Shown here in pieces: positions 53,340 to 63,981 of a stretch of DNA of 64,000 nucleotides; positions within the stretch are counted from its first letter, which is position 1; each line of letters starts with the position of its first letter. A program made the translations under genes and the position numbers. The DNA comes from an uncultured Gammaproteobacteria bacterium (lineage in GTDB: Bacteria; Patescibacteriota; Microgenomatia; Levybacterales; UBA12049). The notes under the pieces are model-generated. The model was given only the letters and a program-made list of their open reading frames with translations. It was not told the origin of the DNA and did no database searches. The stretch is taken from positions 11,368-75,367 of the forward strand of contig CAZWXQ010000004.1 in NCBI GenBank assembly GCA_964637955.1, given 5' to 3'.

Positions 53340-55184
53340 ATGGAACCAAGACATGAAGGCTCTCCTCCACCTTATGAGTCTCCTATAAAATATGAGATAA
53401 GAAATCCTGAAGGATTACTAGATGCCTTTAATTCTGAAGGAAAAATCCAAGTTGGACCCGAAGACACGTTTTCCCCAGGTCCTTCATTCTTAAACTATAG
53501 AAACGCTAGAATTCTAGGCTTATCTGAGAGAGAAGCTTTAGGAACGGGAACAATGCATCTTGATAAAAAAACACCCGAAATTGCACAAATTATCCAAGAG
53601 CAAATTAAAAATCACCTATCCCCTGATATAATTTTTGAATTTTTTGAAACAAATGAAGCTAACCCACATAATCCAAATCCATATTATAAAGTTACTCGTA
53701 AAAACCAGGACGGCGAACAGTTACTCGTAACCATGGAAACAGGTGGCGGATTTCATGCATTTTTAGAAGGTACAGAATCCGTAGAAGACTTTGAAAAGCA
53801 AATCCGACTAGCTATGGAAATCTTCAGAATCTACAAAACAGAAACATATAAAGCAAATAACGTAGAACTTCCCGAAGATATAAGTCCAATAATTATTGAT
53901 GGCGATTATAGACCTTTTAACAATTCTTTAAGTGATTTTTTTAAAATAGATCCTAAAAAAAACAATTTAACTTCCGGCAAGGAAATTGATAGCTATATCC
54001 AATATATGAATGATAAAATTCTACCAAACCTTAATCCAGTAGAACTAAAAAACTTACCTACCCCAGAAGAACTTGAAGACATAATGAATGATGCAAATAT
54101 TCCACAAGATCTAAGAGACATGATGAGACTATATGTAGATACACAAAGAAGAATATTATCTGATAAACCAGGTTTAACATCTTCAGAATTAAATAAATTA
54201 GCAGATGAACAAACGCAAAGCTCAAGAAGCAAGAAAACTGAAAAAGTTAAAAAAACTTTTGGAGTAGAAAGAACTCCCGAACTTCAGGGCTTAAGACAGT
54301 CTATAGTGGTAGAAGATAAACCAGATGTTAAATTTGAAGATATAGCCGGACAAGATAAAGCTGTAAGTGAAGCAAGAGATTTAGCAAAAATACTTTCAAG
54401 AAGAGATGAAATAGAAAAAATGTATGGCCCAGATTTAGTTCCTAGAGGAATACTTTTTTATGGACCTCCAGGAACAGGAAAAACCATGATCGCAAAAGCA
54501 CTTGCAAATGAGGCAGAAGCAGGCTTCGTAATGGTAAAAGCACCTGATTTAGCTTCAAAATGGTACGGAGATAGTGAAAAATTTGCAAAAGGAGTTTTTG
54601 ATATAGCTAGAGAAGTAGCAAGCGAACAAGGTCATTGCATACTATATGTTGATGAGGTTGATGCAATTCTACCACCTAGAAACAGAGGCAACGGTCATGA
54701 AGTAACTAATAGAGTTATAAGCACATTTTTACAAGAAATTGATGGCCTTTCTACTGAGGCAGGCCAAATTACTGTTGTTGCATCAACAAATTTACCAGAT
54801 AACGTAGAGCCAGCATTCCTATCCAGAATGAGCTCATGGGTTGAAGTTCCCCTACCTGACGCGAATGGCAGATATAAAATACTTGAAAGCCATTTTAAGA
54901 AAAGAGCAGAAATGGCTGGAAAATCCACACTTCTTGATGATTCAATAGACTTAAAAGAAATTATGGAAAGCACAGAAGGATTATCTGGAAGAGATATCTC
55001 AGATTTAGTTCAGGTTATTTTAAGAAGAAAAGGGATTCAGGCGCTCGATCATGGATTTCAACCAGTTACTAGCGCAGATATATATACTGCGATAAAAGAA
55101 TCAACAAAAACCAGAGGCCTACAAAATGATGCAAGAAAAAGAGTGAATCAAATGGGATTTAGACCGGTAGACAAACAGCAATAA
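53340..55184 (+). CDS. AAA family ATPase (classic AAA clade) with a large uncharacterised N-terminal domain of about 330 aa
   Basis: [20 protein letters not shown] (Walker A), [10 protein letters not shown] (Walker B), second region of homology further downstream. 614 aa. No protease domain. Confidence 0.8.
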   Translation: MEPRHEGSPPPYESPIKYEIRNPEGLLDAFNSEGKIQVGPEDTFSPGPSFLNYRNARILGLSEREALGTGTMHLDKKTPEIAQIIQEQIKNHLSPDIIFEFFETNEANPHNPNPYYKVTRKNQDGEQLLVTMETGGGFHAFLEGTESVEDFEKQIRLAMEIFRIYKTETYKANNVELPEDISPIIIDGDYRPFNNSLSDFFKIDPKKNNLTSGKEIDSYIQYMNDKILPNLNPVELKNLPTPEELEDIMNDANIPQDLRDMMRLYVDTQRRILSDKPGLTSSELNKLADEQTQSSRSKKTEKVKKTFGVERTPELQGLRQSIVVEDKPDVKFEDIAGQDKAVSEARDLAKILSRRDEIEKMYGPDLVPRGILFYGPPGTGKTMIAKALANEAEAGFVMVKAPDLASKWYGDSEKFAKGVFDIAREVASEQGHCILYVDEVDAILPPRNRGNGHEVTNRVISTFLQEIDGLSTEAGQITVVASTNLPDNVEPAFLSRMSSWVEVPLPDANGRYKILESHFKKRAEMAGKSTLLDDSIDLKEIMESTEGLSGRDISDLVQVILRRKGIQALDHGFQPVTSADIYTAIKESTKTRGLQNDARKRVNQMGFRPVDKQQ

Positions 55185-55208
55185 TAAAAAGGTCAATTTA
55201 ATATGAGG

Positions 55209-56276
55209 TTAAGTTTCCAGAGCTTGGAGTCCTGGGAGCTTTATGCCTGCGAGAAATTCGAGCATGGCTCCACCGCCAACTGAGGCAAAATCAAAATTAT
55301 TTATCAAATTTTTATTTTGAAGAAATCCTATCGTATCCCCTCCTCCAATTACCTTATAAGCTTTTGATTTATTAATAATCTTTGCGATTTCAATAGTGCC
55401 ATGGTCATACCCTTCTTCGATAAATCCCATTGGCCCATTCCAAACCACAGTCGCGCTTTCTTCAATTATTTGAGCAAAATTTTCTATACTATTCTGAGTG
55501 ATATCAAATTTATTAGGAGTCAAATCAGCCACTATTAATATTGCTTTTTGTCCTTTTATTTTTTCGTGAGCTTCATGAGCCAAAACTTTTGTTTGCTCTG
55601 CAATCTCTCCACCTACTAGAACAAAGTCGGCAAATCTATGCATATTTGAAATGAGAGGAAGCTTGGTCTCAATCTTTGCTCCCCCTATTACCATAGTAAG
55701 TGGCCTTTTTGGAGAATTTAATACTTTTGAAAGCACTTTAACCTCTTTCATAAGATGAAATCCACCGTAACCTGGAATAATCTTAGCAACTCCATATGTC
55801 GAGGCATGTGCTCTATGAGAAACTGCAAAAGCTTCGTTTACATAAATCTCTGCTGTAGAAGCCAATTTTTTGGAATATTCATCATTATTTTCTTCCTCAC
55901 CTTTATTAAATCTTATGTTTTCTAAGACAAACAAATTATCACTAAGCCTCCAACCTTCAAAGTCTCCAATCTTGGTGTCTTCAAAGTCTCCATCCGTAAA
56001 CCTATTTGCAAACCACTCAGCTACTATTTTCTGGCTATATTTTTTATCCACGCCATCTGGTCTACCCATATGACCCGCGAGGACAATAATCGCACCCTCA
56101 TGAATTAAAAATTGAATAGTTTCTAGACTTGAAGTAAGCCTTGAGGCGTCTTCGATTTCACCATCAGCAATTGGAACATCAAAATCACAACGCACCAACA
56201 CCTTTTTTCCTTTAACTTTTGCATCACTTATACTTTTAATATTGTATTCCATACTTAATCGGAGAATTCCTGACAA
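55209..56276 (-). CDS. pgk: Phosphoglycerate kinase (short form)
   Basis: KKVLVRCDFDVP (PGK N-terminal signature RxDxNVP), AGHMGRP, GGGAMLEFLAG. 355 aa. Confidence 0.8.
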   Translation of the reverse strand: MSGILRLSMEYNIKSISDAKVKGKKVLVRCDFDVPIADGEIEDASRLTSSLETIQFLIHEGAIIVLAGHMGRPDGVDKKYSQKIVAEWFANRFTDGDFEDTKIGDFEGWRLSDNLFVLENIRFNKGEEENNDEYSKKLASTAEIYVNEAFAVSHRAHASTYGVAKIIPGYGGFHLMKEVKVLSKVLNSPKRPLTMVIGGAKIETKLPLISNMHRFADFVLVGGEIAEQTKVLAHEAHEKIKGQKAILIVADLTPNKFDITQNSIENFAQIIEESATVVWNGPMGFIEEGYDHGTIEIAKIINKSKAYKVIGGGDTIGFLQNKNLINNFDFASVGGGAMLEFLAGIKLPGLQALET

Positions 56277-57283
56277 AACATCTGCCCATAAACTCCCCCA
56301 TCAATTACTCCAACTCCTAATTTTCCAAAGTTTTCAGATAATATATTTGCCTTATGTCCAGGGCTATTCATAAGTCCTTTCATGGCAAGAATCGTAGTTG
56401 GAGCAAGTGCTAGATTTTCACCAGCATAACCAAATTTCACTCCGCCTTCATTCATCCTATCAAATGGAGATTTACCTTCTGGCGTGTAATGTGAGAAATA
56501 GCCACGGGAGAACATGTCTTTACAATGCTTCCTAGCAACTCCCGCAAGTAGTTCATCTGGCTCCAGATTGGAAACTCCGACTTTATTTCTTTCCTTATTT
56601 ACAAGGATTAGCATTTCAGCTTCTGCTTCTTCATCGATTTTGAAATTAGTGGTTGAGAAATTTAGCTTTAAAGACTCCTCACTCTTTGGCTCAACAGTTA
56701 AAAATGTCAGTGCATCATTCACTGCCCCTCCAAAGACATCATTAACTTGCTCATCAAGTCCTTGGATACTCGAGACTAAAGGAGAGCCTAGTTTCGAATC
56801 AAATACTGAATTCTTTAGATATGGAGAAAGAGGAAGAGCAACTACCATAGTAAGAATAAACGCTAAAAGAACAACAGCCGATAAAACTCCAGGAACTATG
56901 CCTGCAAATCTACCAACCTTCTTAGTTATTTCAGATTTCTTAGAATGCTTTGAGAAAAAAGGCAAAATTAAAGTCCTAAATAAAATAGTTAAACAAACTT
57001 CACAAATAAAAGCTGCCAAGAAAAATCCAATCGCGTTACTAAATCCTTTTGGAATATGGAGCACATCTGACAAAAATACCGCAAATATATTGTAAAAGCT
57101 TAATGCAAAGATAAATGATAAAACAAAACTTATGAAATCACTAAGACTTCTCACGAACCCAACTGCATAACCCTCGCATGCATAAATTACGATGATAATG
57201 ACTACCGCAATATCTATGAAATTAAAATTAAATACCGGAATATAGAGAAAATCCAAAAATGCTTGAAAATTTCCAGGCAGCAT
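56255..57283 (-). CDS. CvpA-like membrane domain fused to a CAP/SCP (YkwD-like) extracellular domain
   Basis: N-terminal TM helices (CvpA-like). C-terminal GYFSHYTPEG...GENLA...HKANIL is typical of the CAP domain. Overlaps pgk by 22 nt. Confidence 0.55.
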   Translation of the reverse strand: MLPGNFQAFLDFLYIPVFNFNFIDIAVVIIIVIYACEGYAVGFVRSLSDFISFVLSFIFALSFYNIFAVFLSDVLHIPKGFSNAIGFFLAAFICEVCLTILFRTLILPFFSKHSKKSEITKKVGRFAGIVPGVLSAVVLLAFILTMVVALPLSPYLKNSVFDSKLGSPLVSSIQGLDEQVNDVFGGAVNDALTFLTVEPKSEESLKLNFSTTNFKIDEEAEAEMLILVNKERNKVGVSNLEPDELLAGVARKHCKDMFSRGYFSHYTPEGKSPFDRMNEGGVKFGYAGENLALAPTTILAMKGLMNSPGHKANILSENFGKLGVGVIDGGVYGQMFCQEFSD

Positions 57284-57405
57284 ACAACTATTATATATAA
57301 AACAAATTCTTTTAAAAGTAATAACATTGGATCTATATCAATTCAATAAAGCACAATTCAAGGCAAATTCTTAATAAATCATCTGCATAATGATATAATT
57401 TCGTA

Positions 57406-59586
57406 ATGAAGAAAGTGCTGAAAAAATCTATTCACAAAACAAAGCGGATTAGAAAGAAAAAATACTTTTCTCTTCTAATTTTATTCTTCGCAATTTTTTG
57501 TGGAGCACTGATTTATTTCTTTGTACTGAAAGATTTACCATCACCAACTAGACTAAATAGCCCTACAAATATACCGGAATCGTCTCAAATTTTAGATAGA
57601 AATGGCGCTCTTCTCTATACAATTTACTCAGATAAAAATAGAACTCAAGTGCCTTTAAAAGAAATACCAAAATATGTTCAAGAAGCAACAATTTCAATTG
57701 AAGACAAAGACTTTTATGGACATGGGGCAATTGACATAAGAGGAATCGTGAGAGCAGTTGTTGCAAATGCGACAGGAAAACCAATCCAGGGTGGATCTAC
57801 GCTAACTCAACAGCTTATAAAAAGTAGCCTACTCACCCCAGAAAGAACAGTCCAAAGAAAAATAAAAGAAGTTGTACTAGCATTTGCAACTGAAGTAATT
57901 TATTCAAAGCCTCAAATCTTAGAAATGTATTTGAATCAGATTCCATACGGAGGAACTGCATACGGAATTGAAGCAGCAAGTAAAACTTATTTTGGAAAAA
58001 GCGCCAAAGACTTAACGCTTGGTGAGGCTGCACTTCTTGCAGGACTCCCTCAAAGCCCAACGCTTTACTCACCTTTTGGCTCTCACCCTGAATATGCAAA
58101 AGAGAGACAAGAATTAGTTTTAAAGCAAATGAGAATGCAAGGCTATATCACACAAGAGGAGGAAAATAGAGCAATAAAAGAAGAATTAAAATATAAAAAT
58201 CTTTCAGACAGCATAAAAGCTCCACACTTTTCTCTTTATGTGAAAGATCTAATGGAAAAAAAATATGGGAAAAAATTCACAGAAGACGGTGGCTTTAAAA
58301 TTATAACCACTCTTGATCTCCCAACTCAGGACTTCGCAGAGCTTGCGGTAGCAAGTGAGGTAGCAAAATTAAAAGGAGCCAGGGTTTCAAACGGCGCTGC
58401 TCTTGTTACTGATCCTGGAAGCGGAGATATTCTTGCGATGGTAGGGAGTAAAGATTATTTTGATTCTACAATTGACGGAAATGTAAACATAACCCTAGCT
58501 CTAAGACAACCAGGTTCTTCAATTAAGCCAATAAATTACGCCGTTGGTCTATTAAAAGGCTATTCTGCAGCCACAATTTTTGTTGATAAAGAAATGTGTG
58601 TTCCAAATCCATCGGGCCCAGCGTATTGTCCAAAAAATTACGACGGAAAATTTCATGGTCCAGTTACGATGCGTGACTCCTTAGCGAGCTCTTTAAACAT
58701 CCCTGCTGTAAAAATGCTAAAGCTAAATACACTTGAATCCATGATCGCTACAGCCTCGGCCATGGGAATAAGCACTTTTACGGATCCCGATAGGTATGGG
58801 CTATCTTTAACTCTAGGTGGCGGTGAAGTAAGAATGATTGATATGGCAACTGCATTCGGGGTCTTTGCCAACAAAGGCTATAAAGTCGAATTAAACCCAA
58901 TTCTCGAAGTAAAAGATTCACGAGGAAAAATTCTAGAGCAAGGTAAGAGCAAATCACCAATCTTTGGTAAAAAAGTTCTTCCTGAAGAAGTAACATTTAT
59001 TATTTCTGATATTTTGGCGGACAATCAGGCGAGAGCTATGGCATTTGGCACAAACTCGGTTCTGAATATCCCAGGTCAGTATGTTTCTGTAAAAACCGGG
59101 ACCACAAATGATTATCGAGACAACTGGACAATTGGATATACTCCAAAACGATTGGTGGTCACTTGGGTTGGAAATAACGATAATACTCCGATGGGAGCTG
59201 TTGTTTCAGGGGTAACCGGAGCTTCACCTATTTGGAATGAAATCATGACTCATCTTCTTGAAAATCAAAAAATAACAGCACCAACTCCTCCCAAGAATGC
59301 TATTAGGCTTAGTGTTTGTAAATATTCAGGACTATTTCCAGCCGAAGGATCAACTTGCGAAACTAGAACTGACTATTTCATAAGAGATAAATTTCCAAAA
59401 AGAAGAGACAGTGGAAAATCTAGTGTATTTGTTGATAAAACTACGCAAGACATTCCAAAAGATTCCAAGCAAACAGACAACCTAGAGCCAAAAGAGCAAT
59501 ACATAATTACTGATGATACGGGAGATAGATATTGCGTAGACTGTGCTCATCCAGAATTATCCCCAACACCTCCGCCGGGACAGTAA
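57406..59586 (+). CDS. Class A penicillin-binding protein (bifunctional glycosyltransferase GT51 plus transpeptidase)
   Basis: GT51 motifs IEDKDFYGHGAIDIRG...GGSTLTQQLIK. Transpeptidase motifs PGSSIKP (SxxK) and KTGTT. N-terminal TM anchor. Confidence 0.9.
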   Translation: MKKVLKKSIHKTKRIRKKKYFSLLILFFAIFCGALIYFFVLKDLPSPTRLNSPTNIPESSQILDRNGALLYTIYSDKNRTQVPLKEIPKYVQEATISIEDKDFYGHGAIDIRGIVRAVVANATGKPIQGGSTLTQQLIKSSLLTPERTVQRKIKEVVLAFATEVIYSKPQILEMYLNQIPYGGTAYGIEAASKTYFGKSAKDLTLGEAALLAGLPQSPTLYSPFGSHPEYAKERQELVLKQMRMQGYITQEEENRAIKEELKYKNLSDSIKAPHFSLYVKDLMEKKYGKKFTEDGGFKIITTLDLPTQDFAELAVASEVAKLKGARVSNGAALVTDPGSGDILAMVGSKDYFDSTIDGNVNITLALRQPGSSIKPINYAVGLLKGYSAATIFVDKEMCVPNPSGPAYCPKNYDGKFHGPVTMRDSLASSLNIPAVKMLKLNTLESMIATASAMGISTFTDPDRYGLSLTLGGGEVRMIDMATAFGVFANKGYKVELNPILEVKDSRGKILEQGKSKSPIFGKKVLPEEVTFIISDILADNQARAMAFGTNSVLNIPGQYVSVKTGTTNDYRDNWTIGYTPKRLVVTWVGNNDNTPMGAVVSGVTGASPIWNEIMTHLLENQKITAPTPPKNAIRLSVCKYSGLFPAEGSTCETRTDYFIRDKFPKRRDSGKSSVFVDKTTQDIPKDSKQTDNLEPKEQYIITDDTGDRYCVDCAHPELSPTPPPGQ

Positions 59587-59619
59587 ATAAAGACCCCTCT
59601 TTTAAAACTTTCGGCTATT

Positions 59620-62298
59620 TTGTATAATTGCGCCAGCCACAATATCGTTTTTATTGAGGCTATTTGGTTTTATTCAAGCTGCTCATTAAAAAATATGGTC
59701 ATTTTACAGGATATACTTATAGTAATTGCTAAATTCTTAATTTTTATAGGGGACGTCGTTCTCCTTGTCTTTGGTGTTTTCTGGAAATTAATCAGACCAA
59801 TTTTTTATTCAATAACTACACTTATTCGAAAAGCGATTCCCTCTCGAAAGAAAAAGGTCGCTGAAAAAGAAATATTTAATTCTGAGAGCAAAAACAAACG
59901 CCCAAGTCTTCCACGCCTAAACGTAAGCTTTAATAAACCCAAGTTAAATCTACCATCTTTTAGTATTCCGAAGCCAAATAAAAGTTTTAAAAAACCGACT
60001 TTAAATTTACCTACTTTTTCACTTCCAAAACTTTCAGTAAAAAGACCGGAAATAAAACTTCCTTCTTTTAAAATAAGCTTGCCAAATTTCAGAAAACCAA
60101 CTTTCCAAAAACCTGAAATGCGAAAGATAACTATTCCAAAACCGGAAATTCCAAAATTAAGTGCTCCAAAAATTAAAACTTCAGTTTCAAAGCCAGAAAT
60201 TTCCCTTCCCAAATTTAGCCTACCAAGCTTTCCTCAGCTTCCAAGATTACATTTTCCTTCTATTCATTTTCCACATTTATCTTTACCTCATGTAAGACAT
60301 AAAAAAAGAGGCAGAAAACGACTTCCTTTAAGAGTCCCCTACTCTGCGAAGCTTAAATACTTATTTGTTGGCGGAGCAATTTCTTTTCTTTTTTTGTTTC
60401 TACCACTTTATGTTTACACATTTATAAAAAGTCTCCCAAATCCAAATACGATGACATATCAAGAAACTTCTCAAACAACTAAAATTTATGATCGAAATAA
60501 AATTCTCCTTTATCAAATTTATGCAAATCAAAACAGAACCAACGTTCCTTTATCTAAAATTCCAAATCACTTTAAAGAAGCAACCATTGCAATTGAAGAT
60601 AAAAATTTCTACACGACCCCAGGATTTGATGTTCAAGGTATTGCAAGATCCGCAATTGCTGACATCTCTGGAAAACCATTGCAAGGTGGCTCAACCATCA
60701 CTCAACAACTCATAAAAACTAGACTTCTGACTCCTGAAAGATCATTTGAAAGAAAAATAAAAGAAGTTATATTGGCAGTTTGGGCTGAGCAAATTTACAC
60801 GAAAGACGAAATTTTAGAAATGTACTTCAATCAAGTTCCTTACGGAGGAACTGCTTGGGGAGCACAGGCTGCAGCTCAAACTTATTTTGGAAAAAATATT
60901 GAGGATTTGGATCTAGCTCAAAGTGCATTTCTAGCAGGACTCCCTCAGGCTCCAAGCATTTACTCCCCTTATGCAGGCGATGGCAATAATTGGAAAGGAA
61001 GACAACGTGACGTATTAAACAGAATGGTCGAACTAAAATATATAACAAGAGCCGAAGCACAAAAAGCAGACCAAGAAAAACTAGAATTTAAACCAAATCA
61101 AAACAGCATTAAAGCTCCTCATTTTGTGATGTACGTAAAAGATTTATTAATCCAAAAGTATGGTTTAGCAGTGGTGGAGCGTGGCGGACTAACTGTAATA
61201 ACTAGTCTTGATTTAAAGACTCAAGACATGGCGCAAAAAATCGTAACCGATGAAGTAGACAGCGCAAGCTATTTAGGATTCACTAACTCAGGCGCATTAA
61301 TTACTAATCCTAAAAACGGTGACATTTTAGCAATGGTTGGTGGACACAATTATTTTGATGAAAATGACGGAAACTATAACGTTACTACAGCTCTAAGACA
61401 ACCTGGATCCACTGTAAAGGTTATTACATATACTGCAGCCTTACTTAACGGACAAACAGCAGCAACTCCTATCCAAGATACACCTGTCTCCTATGCATCC
61501 AACGGCGCTCCTCCCTATTCACCCGTAAATTATGACGGTAGATTCCGCGGAACAATTACACTTCGCAATGCTCTTGGAAATTCCATAAATATCCCTGCAG
61601 TAAAAACATTAAATCAGGTTGGAATCCCAAACATGGTAAATCTAGCAAAAGAGATGGGAATTACCACATGGGGAGATCCAAGTCAGTATGGGCTTGCAAT
61701 AACCTTAGGAGCGGCTGAAACCAAAATGACAGACATGGCAACTGTGTATGGAACGATCGCAAATTCTGGAAAGAGAGTAGATCTTGATCCAATCCTAAAG
61801 GTTGTTACTTACCAAGGAGCAGTTCTTGAAGAAAAAACCGAACCTCATGAAAAAAGAGTATTGCCTGATGAAATAGCATTCATAATTTCAAATATTTTAT
61901 CTGACAATAGTGCTCGAGCTATGGAATTTGGATTAAATTCACCTCTAAATATTCCAAAACACACTGTCTCTGTAAAAACTGGAACTACTGATAATAAAAG
62001 AGACAACTGGACAATTGGCTATACTCCAGACATTCTCACTGCAGTTTGGGTAGGAAATAATAATAATGCTCCGATGAATCCGATCTTAGCATCAGGAATT
62101 ACTGGGGCAGCTCCTATCTGGAATAAAATCATGAATAATTTGCTCGCAAACAAAAATCCTAATAATGAAACTAAATCTCCACCCTCAAATATTGTCGCTG
62201 TGCCATGTGGAGGAAAAACTGAATATTTTGTTAGAGGAACTGAAAATAAAGGAAATTGCAGACCCATCAGCATAAATGGCCAAAGACCTAATCCCTAG
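59620..62298 (+). CDS. Second class A PBP paralog with a repetitive basic N-terminal region
   Basis: IEDKNFYTTPGFDVQG...GGSTITQQLIK, PGSTVKV, KTGTT. N-terminal tandem peptide repeats of about 12-13 aa (KPKLNLPSFSIPK...). Probable start at MVILQD (about 59695). Confidence 0.85.
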   Translation: MYNCASHNIVFIEAIWFYSSCSLKNMVILQDILIVIAKFLIFIGDVVLLVFGVFWKLIRPIFYSITTLIRKAIPSRKKKVAEKEIFNSESKNKRPSLPRLNVSFNKPKLNLPSFSIPKPNKSFKKPTLNLPTFSLPKLSVKRPEIKLPSFKISLPNFRKPTFQKPEMRKITIPKPEIPKLSAPKIKTSVSKPEISLPKFSLPSFPQLPRLHFPSIHFPHLSLPHVRHKKRGRKRLPLRVPYSAKLKYLFVGGAISFLFLFLPLYVYTFIKSLPNPNTMTYQETSQTTKIYDRNKILLYQIYANQNRTNVPLSKIPNHFKEATIAIEDKNFYTTPGFDVQGIARSAIADISGKPLQGGSTITQQLIKTRLLTPERSFERKIKEVILAVWAEQIYTKDEILEMYFNQVPYGGTAWGAQAAAQTYFGKNIEDLDLAQSAFLAGLPQAPSIYSPYAGDGNNWKGRQRDVLNRMVELKYITRAEAQKADQEKLEFKPNQNSIKAPHFVMYVKDLLIQKYGLAVVERGGLTVITSLDLKTQDMAQKIVTDEVDSASYLGFTNSGALITNPKNGDILAMVGGHNYFDENDGNYNVTTALRQPGSTVKVITYTAALLNGQTAATPIQDTPVSYASNGAPPYSPVNYDGRFRGTITLRNALGNSINIPAVKTLNQVGIPNMVNLAKEMGITTWGDPSQYGLAITLGAAETKMTDMATVYGTIANSGKRVDLDPILKVVTYQGAVLEEKTEPHEKRVLPDEIAFIISNILSDNSARAMEFGLNSPLNIPKHTVSVKTGTTDNKRDNWTIGYTPDILTAVWVGNNNNAPMNPILASGITGAAPIWNKIMNNLLANKNPNNETKSPPSNIVAVPCGGKTEYFVRGTENKGNCRPISINGQRPNP
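59880..60300 (+). repeat. Degenerate tandem repeats of about 36-39 nt inside the second PBP gene, encoding K/P/L/S-rich (K)P-x-LNLP-S/T-FS-I/L-PK units
   Basis: Visible in the translation: PSLPRLNVSFNKPKLNLPSFSIPKPNKSFKKPTLNLPTFSLPKLSVKRPEIKLPSFKISLPNFRKPTF... Confidence 0.7.
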
Positions 62299-62911
62299 CT
62301 AGCTCTTCAAGTCTTCTAAAATTTCCAATTGGATCATTGTTAAATAAATAGCTTGTGACACAAAACGCATTTACCCCAGCGTTTTTTGCGATAACAAAAG
62401 TTTCGTCATTTATTCCTCCGTCAATTTCAATTTTTCCAAGATATTTATTTCTTAGTTTTTTTATTTTTCCTTCAATATGAGGATTAAAAGTCTGTCCTGA
62501 CTTTCCTGCTTTTACACTCATAAGAAGAATTCTATCTAAATCATCAACTGGAACTTTTATTTCATTAATTGAAGAATCAACATCAATTGCCAAGCCCACT
62601 TCCCCAAGCTCTTCACCTCGGGCAACAAATTCTACCTGATCACTCATTTTCTCAACATGGCCTAGAAAAGTTTTAAATCCAGCATCAGCCAATTTCCCCA
62701 AGTAATCAAATGGCTCCTCCACCATCAAATGAGCCTCAAGATTAAAATATTCGCTGTATTTCTTAAAATTATCAAATTCTAAATATGAAGTATTATTCGT
62801 AAACTTACCATCAATAAAATCTATATGAACATTTGTGGCAAACTCTCGGCAAATCTCAAGCTTTTTTTCTATTTCTTCCCAATTTTTTTCAAGTATTGCC
62901 GGAATTATCAT
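62288..62911 (-). CDS. rpe: Ribulose-phosphate 3-epimerase-like (RPE family TIM barrel)
   Basis: MIIPAILEKNWEEI...NVHIDFIDGKFTNNTS fits I.PSIL...H.DvmDG.Fv.N. C-terminal IDGGIN...AGV. 207 aa. Confidence 0.55.
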   Translation of the reverse strand: MIIPAILEKNWEEIEKKLEICREFATNVHIDFIDGKFTNNTSYLEFDNFKKYSEYFNLEAHLMVEEPFDYLGKLADAGFKTFLGHVEKMSDQVEFVARGEELGEVGLAIDVDSSINEIKVPVDDLDRILLMSVKAGKSGQTFNPHIEGKIKKLRNKYLGKIEIDGGINDETFVIAKNAGVNAFCVTSYLFNNDPIGNFRRLEELARD

Positions 62912-63354
62912 AGTTTCTTTATTAAGCCAATTCTATCATGTCCTGACGGATAAAAATTCTTAAATCTTACAAATACCTCATATCCTTGCTTAAGATAAAA
63001 ATTCTCTGCTTCAAATTCAGCTGTCCAGGTCCATATGAATTCAATTCCTAAAGATTTTATTTTCGCTTCCAATAATCCTAACAACTTCCCCCCGATTCCT
63101 TGCTTCCTATATTCTTTTTCTACCAATAGATCACTTAAATAAAAATAGGCACTATACTTCCCCCCTTGACTATATGCTAATCCGCTGGAAACACCGACAA
63201 AATTTTCATTTTTAGTATCGTCTGTTGCTACAAATCCAAACCTTTCTTCTTTGTCTGTATTACTGCCAAACTCCTGTCCATGCTCTTCAAAAGCAATTTG
63301 TTGGCGCTTATATTCTGCATCCGTCATAGGACGCTCTTCAAATTTTATTGACAT
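62908..63354 (-). CDS. GNAT family N-acetyltransferase
   Basis: RKQGIGGKLLGLLE acetyl-CoA-binding motif. 148 aa. Confidence 0.75.
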   Translation of the reverse strand: MSIKFEERPMTDAEYKRQQIAFEEHGQEFGSNTDKEERFGFVATDDTKNENFVGVSSGLAYSQGGKYSAYFYLSDLLVEKEYRKQGIGGKLLGLLEAKIKSLGIEFIWTWTAEFEAENFYLKQGYEVFVRFKNFYPSGHDRIGLIKKL

Positions 63355-63387
63355 GAAAAGATTATATCAGGAGAATTAAATATATAG

Positions 63388-63981
63388 TTACTTTCCAACA
63401 ATTACTAAAACGTCGTAGGAAGTTGATTCAGGAAGATCAGCTGAAGTATCTCCTACCGTATACTCTTTTGCTAATACTTTTTCGATATCAGAAAGGCTAC
63501 TTTTTTCTGAATTTTTAACTTTTATAGTTACATCTGTATAGTCGGTGGCGTCAGCATTTCCAGTCGAAGAAATAGTGTATCCTGCTGCTTTTAATACCTC
63601 AGCGGCACTTGCTGCAGCCCCACTTACCCCACTTCCGTTTTGCACTACAATGCTTACGCTACTTTTTGCAGCTACCCCAGTTGGAGCTTTAGATGGCGAC
63701 TTAGAAGGTGTGGTAGATTTTTCAGGCGTAGGACTTGTTTCCTCTGTTGGCGCTGGCGTCTCAGTTATTTCTTCCTGCGCAGGTAAACTAATTTCACTAG
63801 TAGTTTCAGAAGGCTTGGTAGATTCTGATGCTACCTCAGTTTTATCATCTGAAGTTATAAAATAAATTGCAGAACCTAAAAGAACAAGAACTAATAAGAA
63901 TAATCCACCGAAAATAAGAAGTCTTTTCGACAACCTTTTTTTATTTGGTCCTTTAGAGCTTGCGTATGAAATCTCTTCCAT
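63388..63981 (-). CDS. LytR_C (LytR cell-envelope-related C-terminal) domain protein with a TM anchor and a Ser/Thr/Pro-rich linker
   Basis: SIVVQNGSGVSGAAASAAEVLKAAGYTI...YTDVTIKV resembles the LytR_C domain. Confidence 0.6.
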   Translation of the reverse strand: MEEISYASSKGPNKKRLSKRLLIFGGLFLLVLVLLGSAIYFITSDDKTEVASESTKPSETTSEISLPAQEEITETPAPTEETSPTPEKSTTPSKSPSKAPTGVAAKSSVSIVVQNGSGVSGAAASAAEVLKAAGYTISSTGNADATDYTDVTIKVKNSEKSSLSDIEKVLAKEYTVGDTSADLPESTSYDVLVIVGK

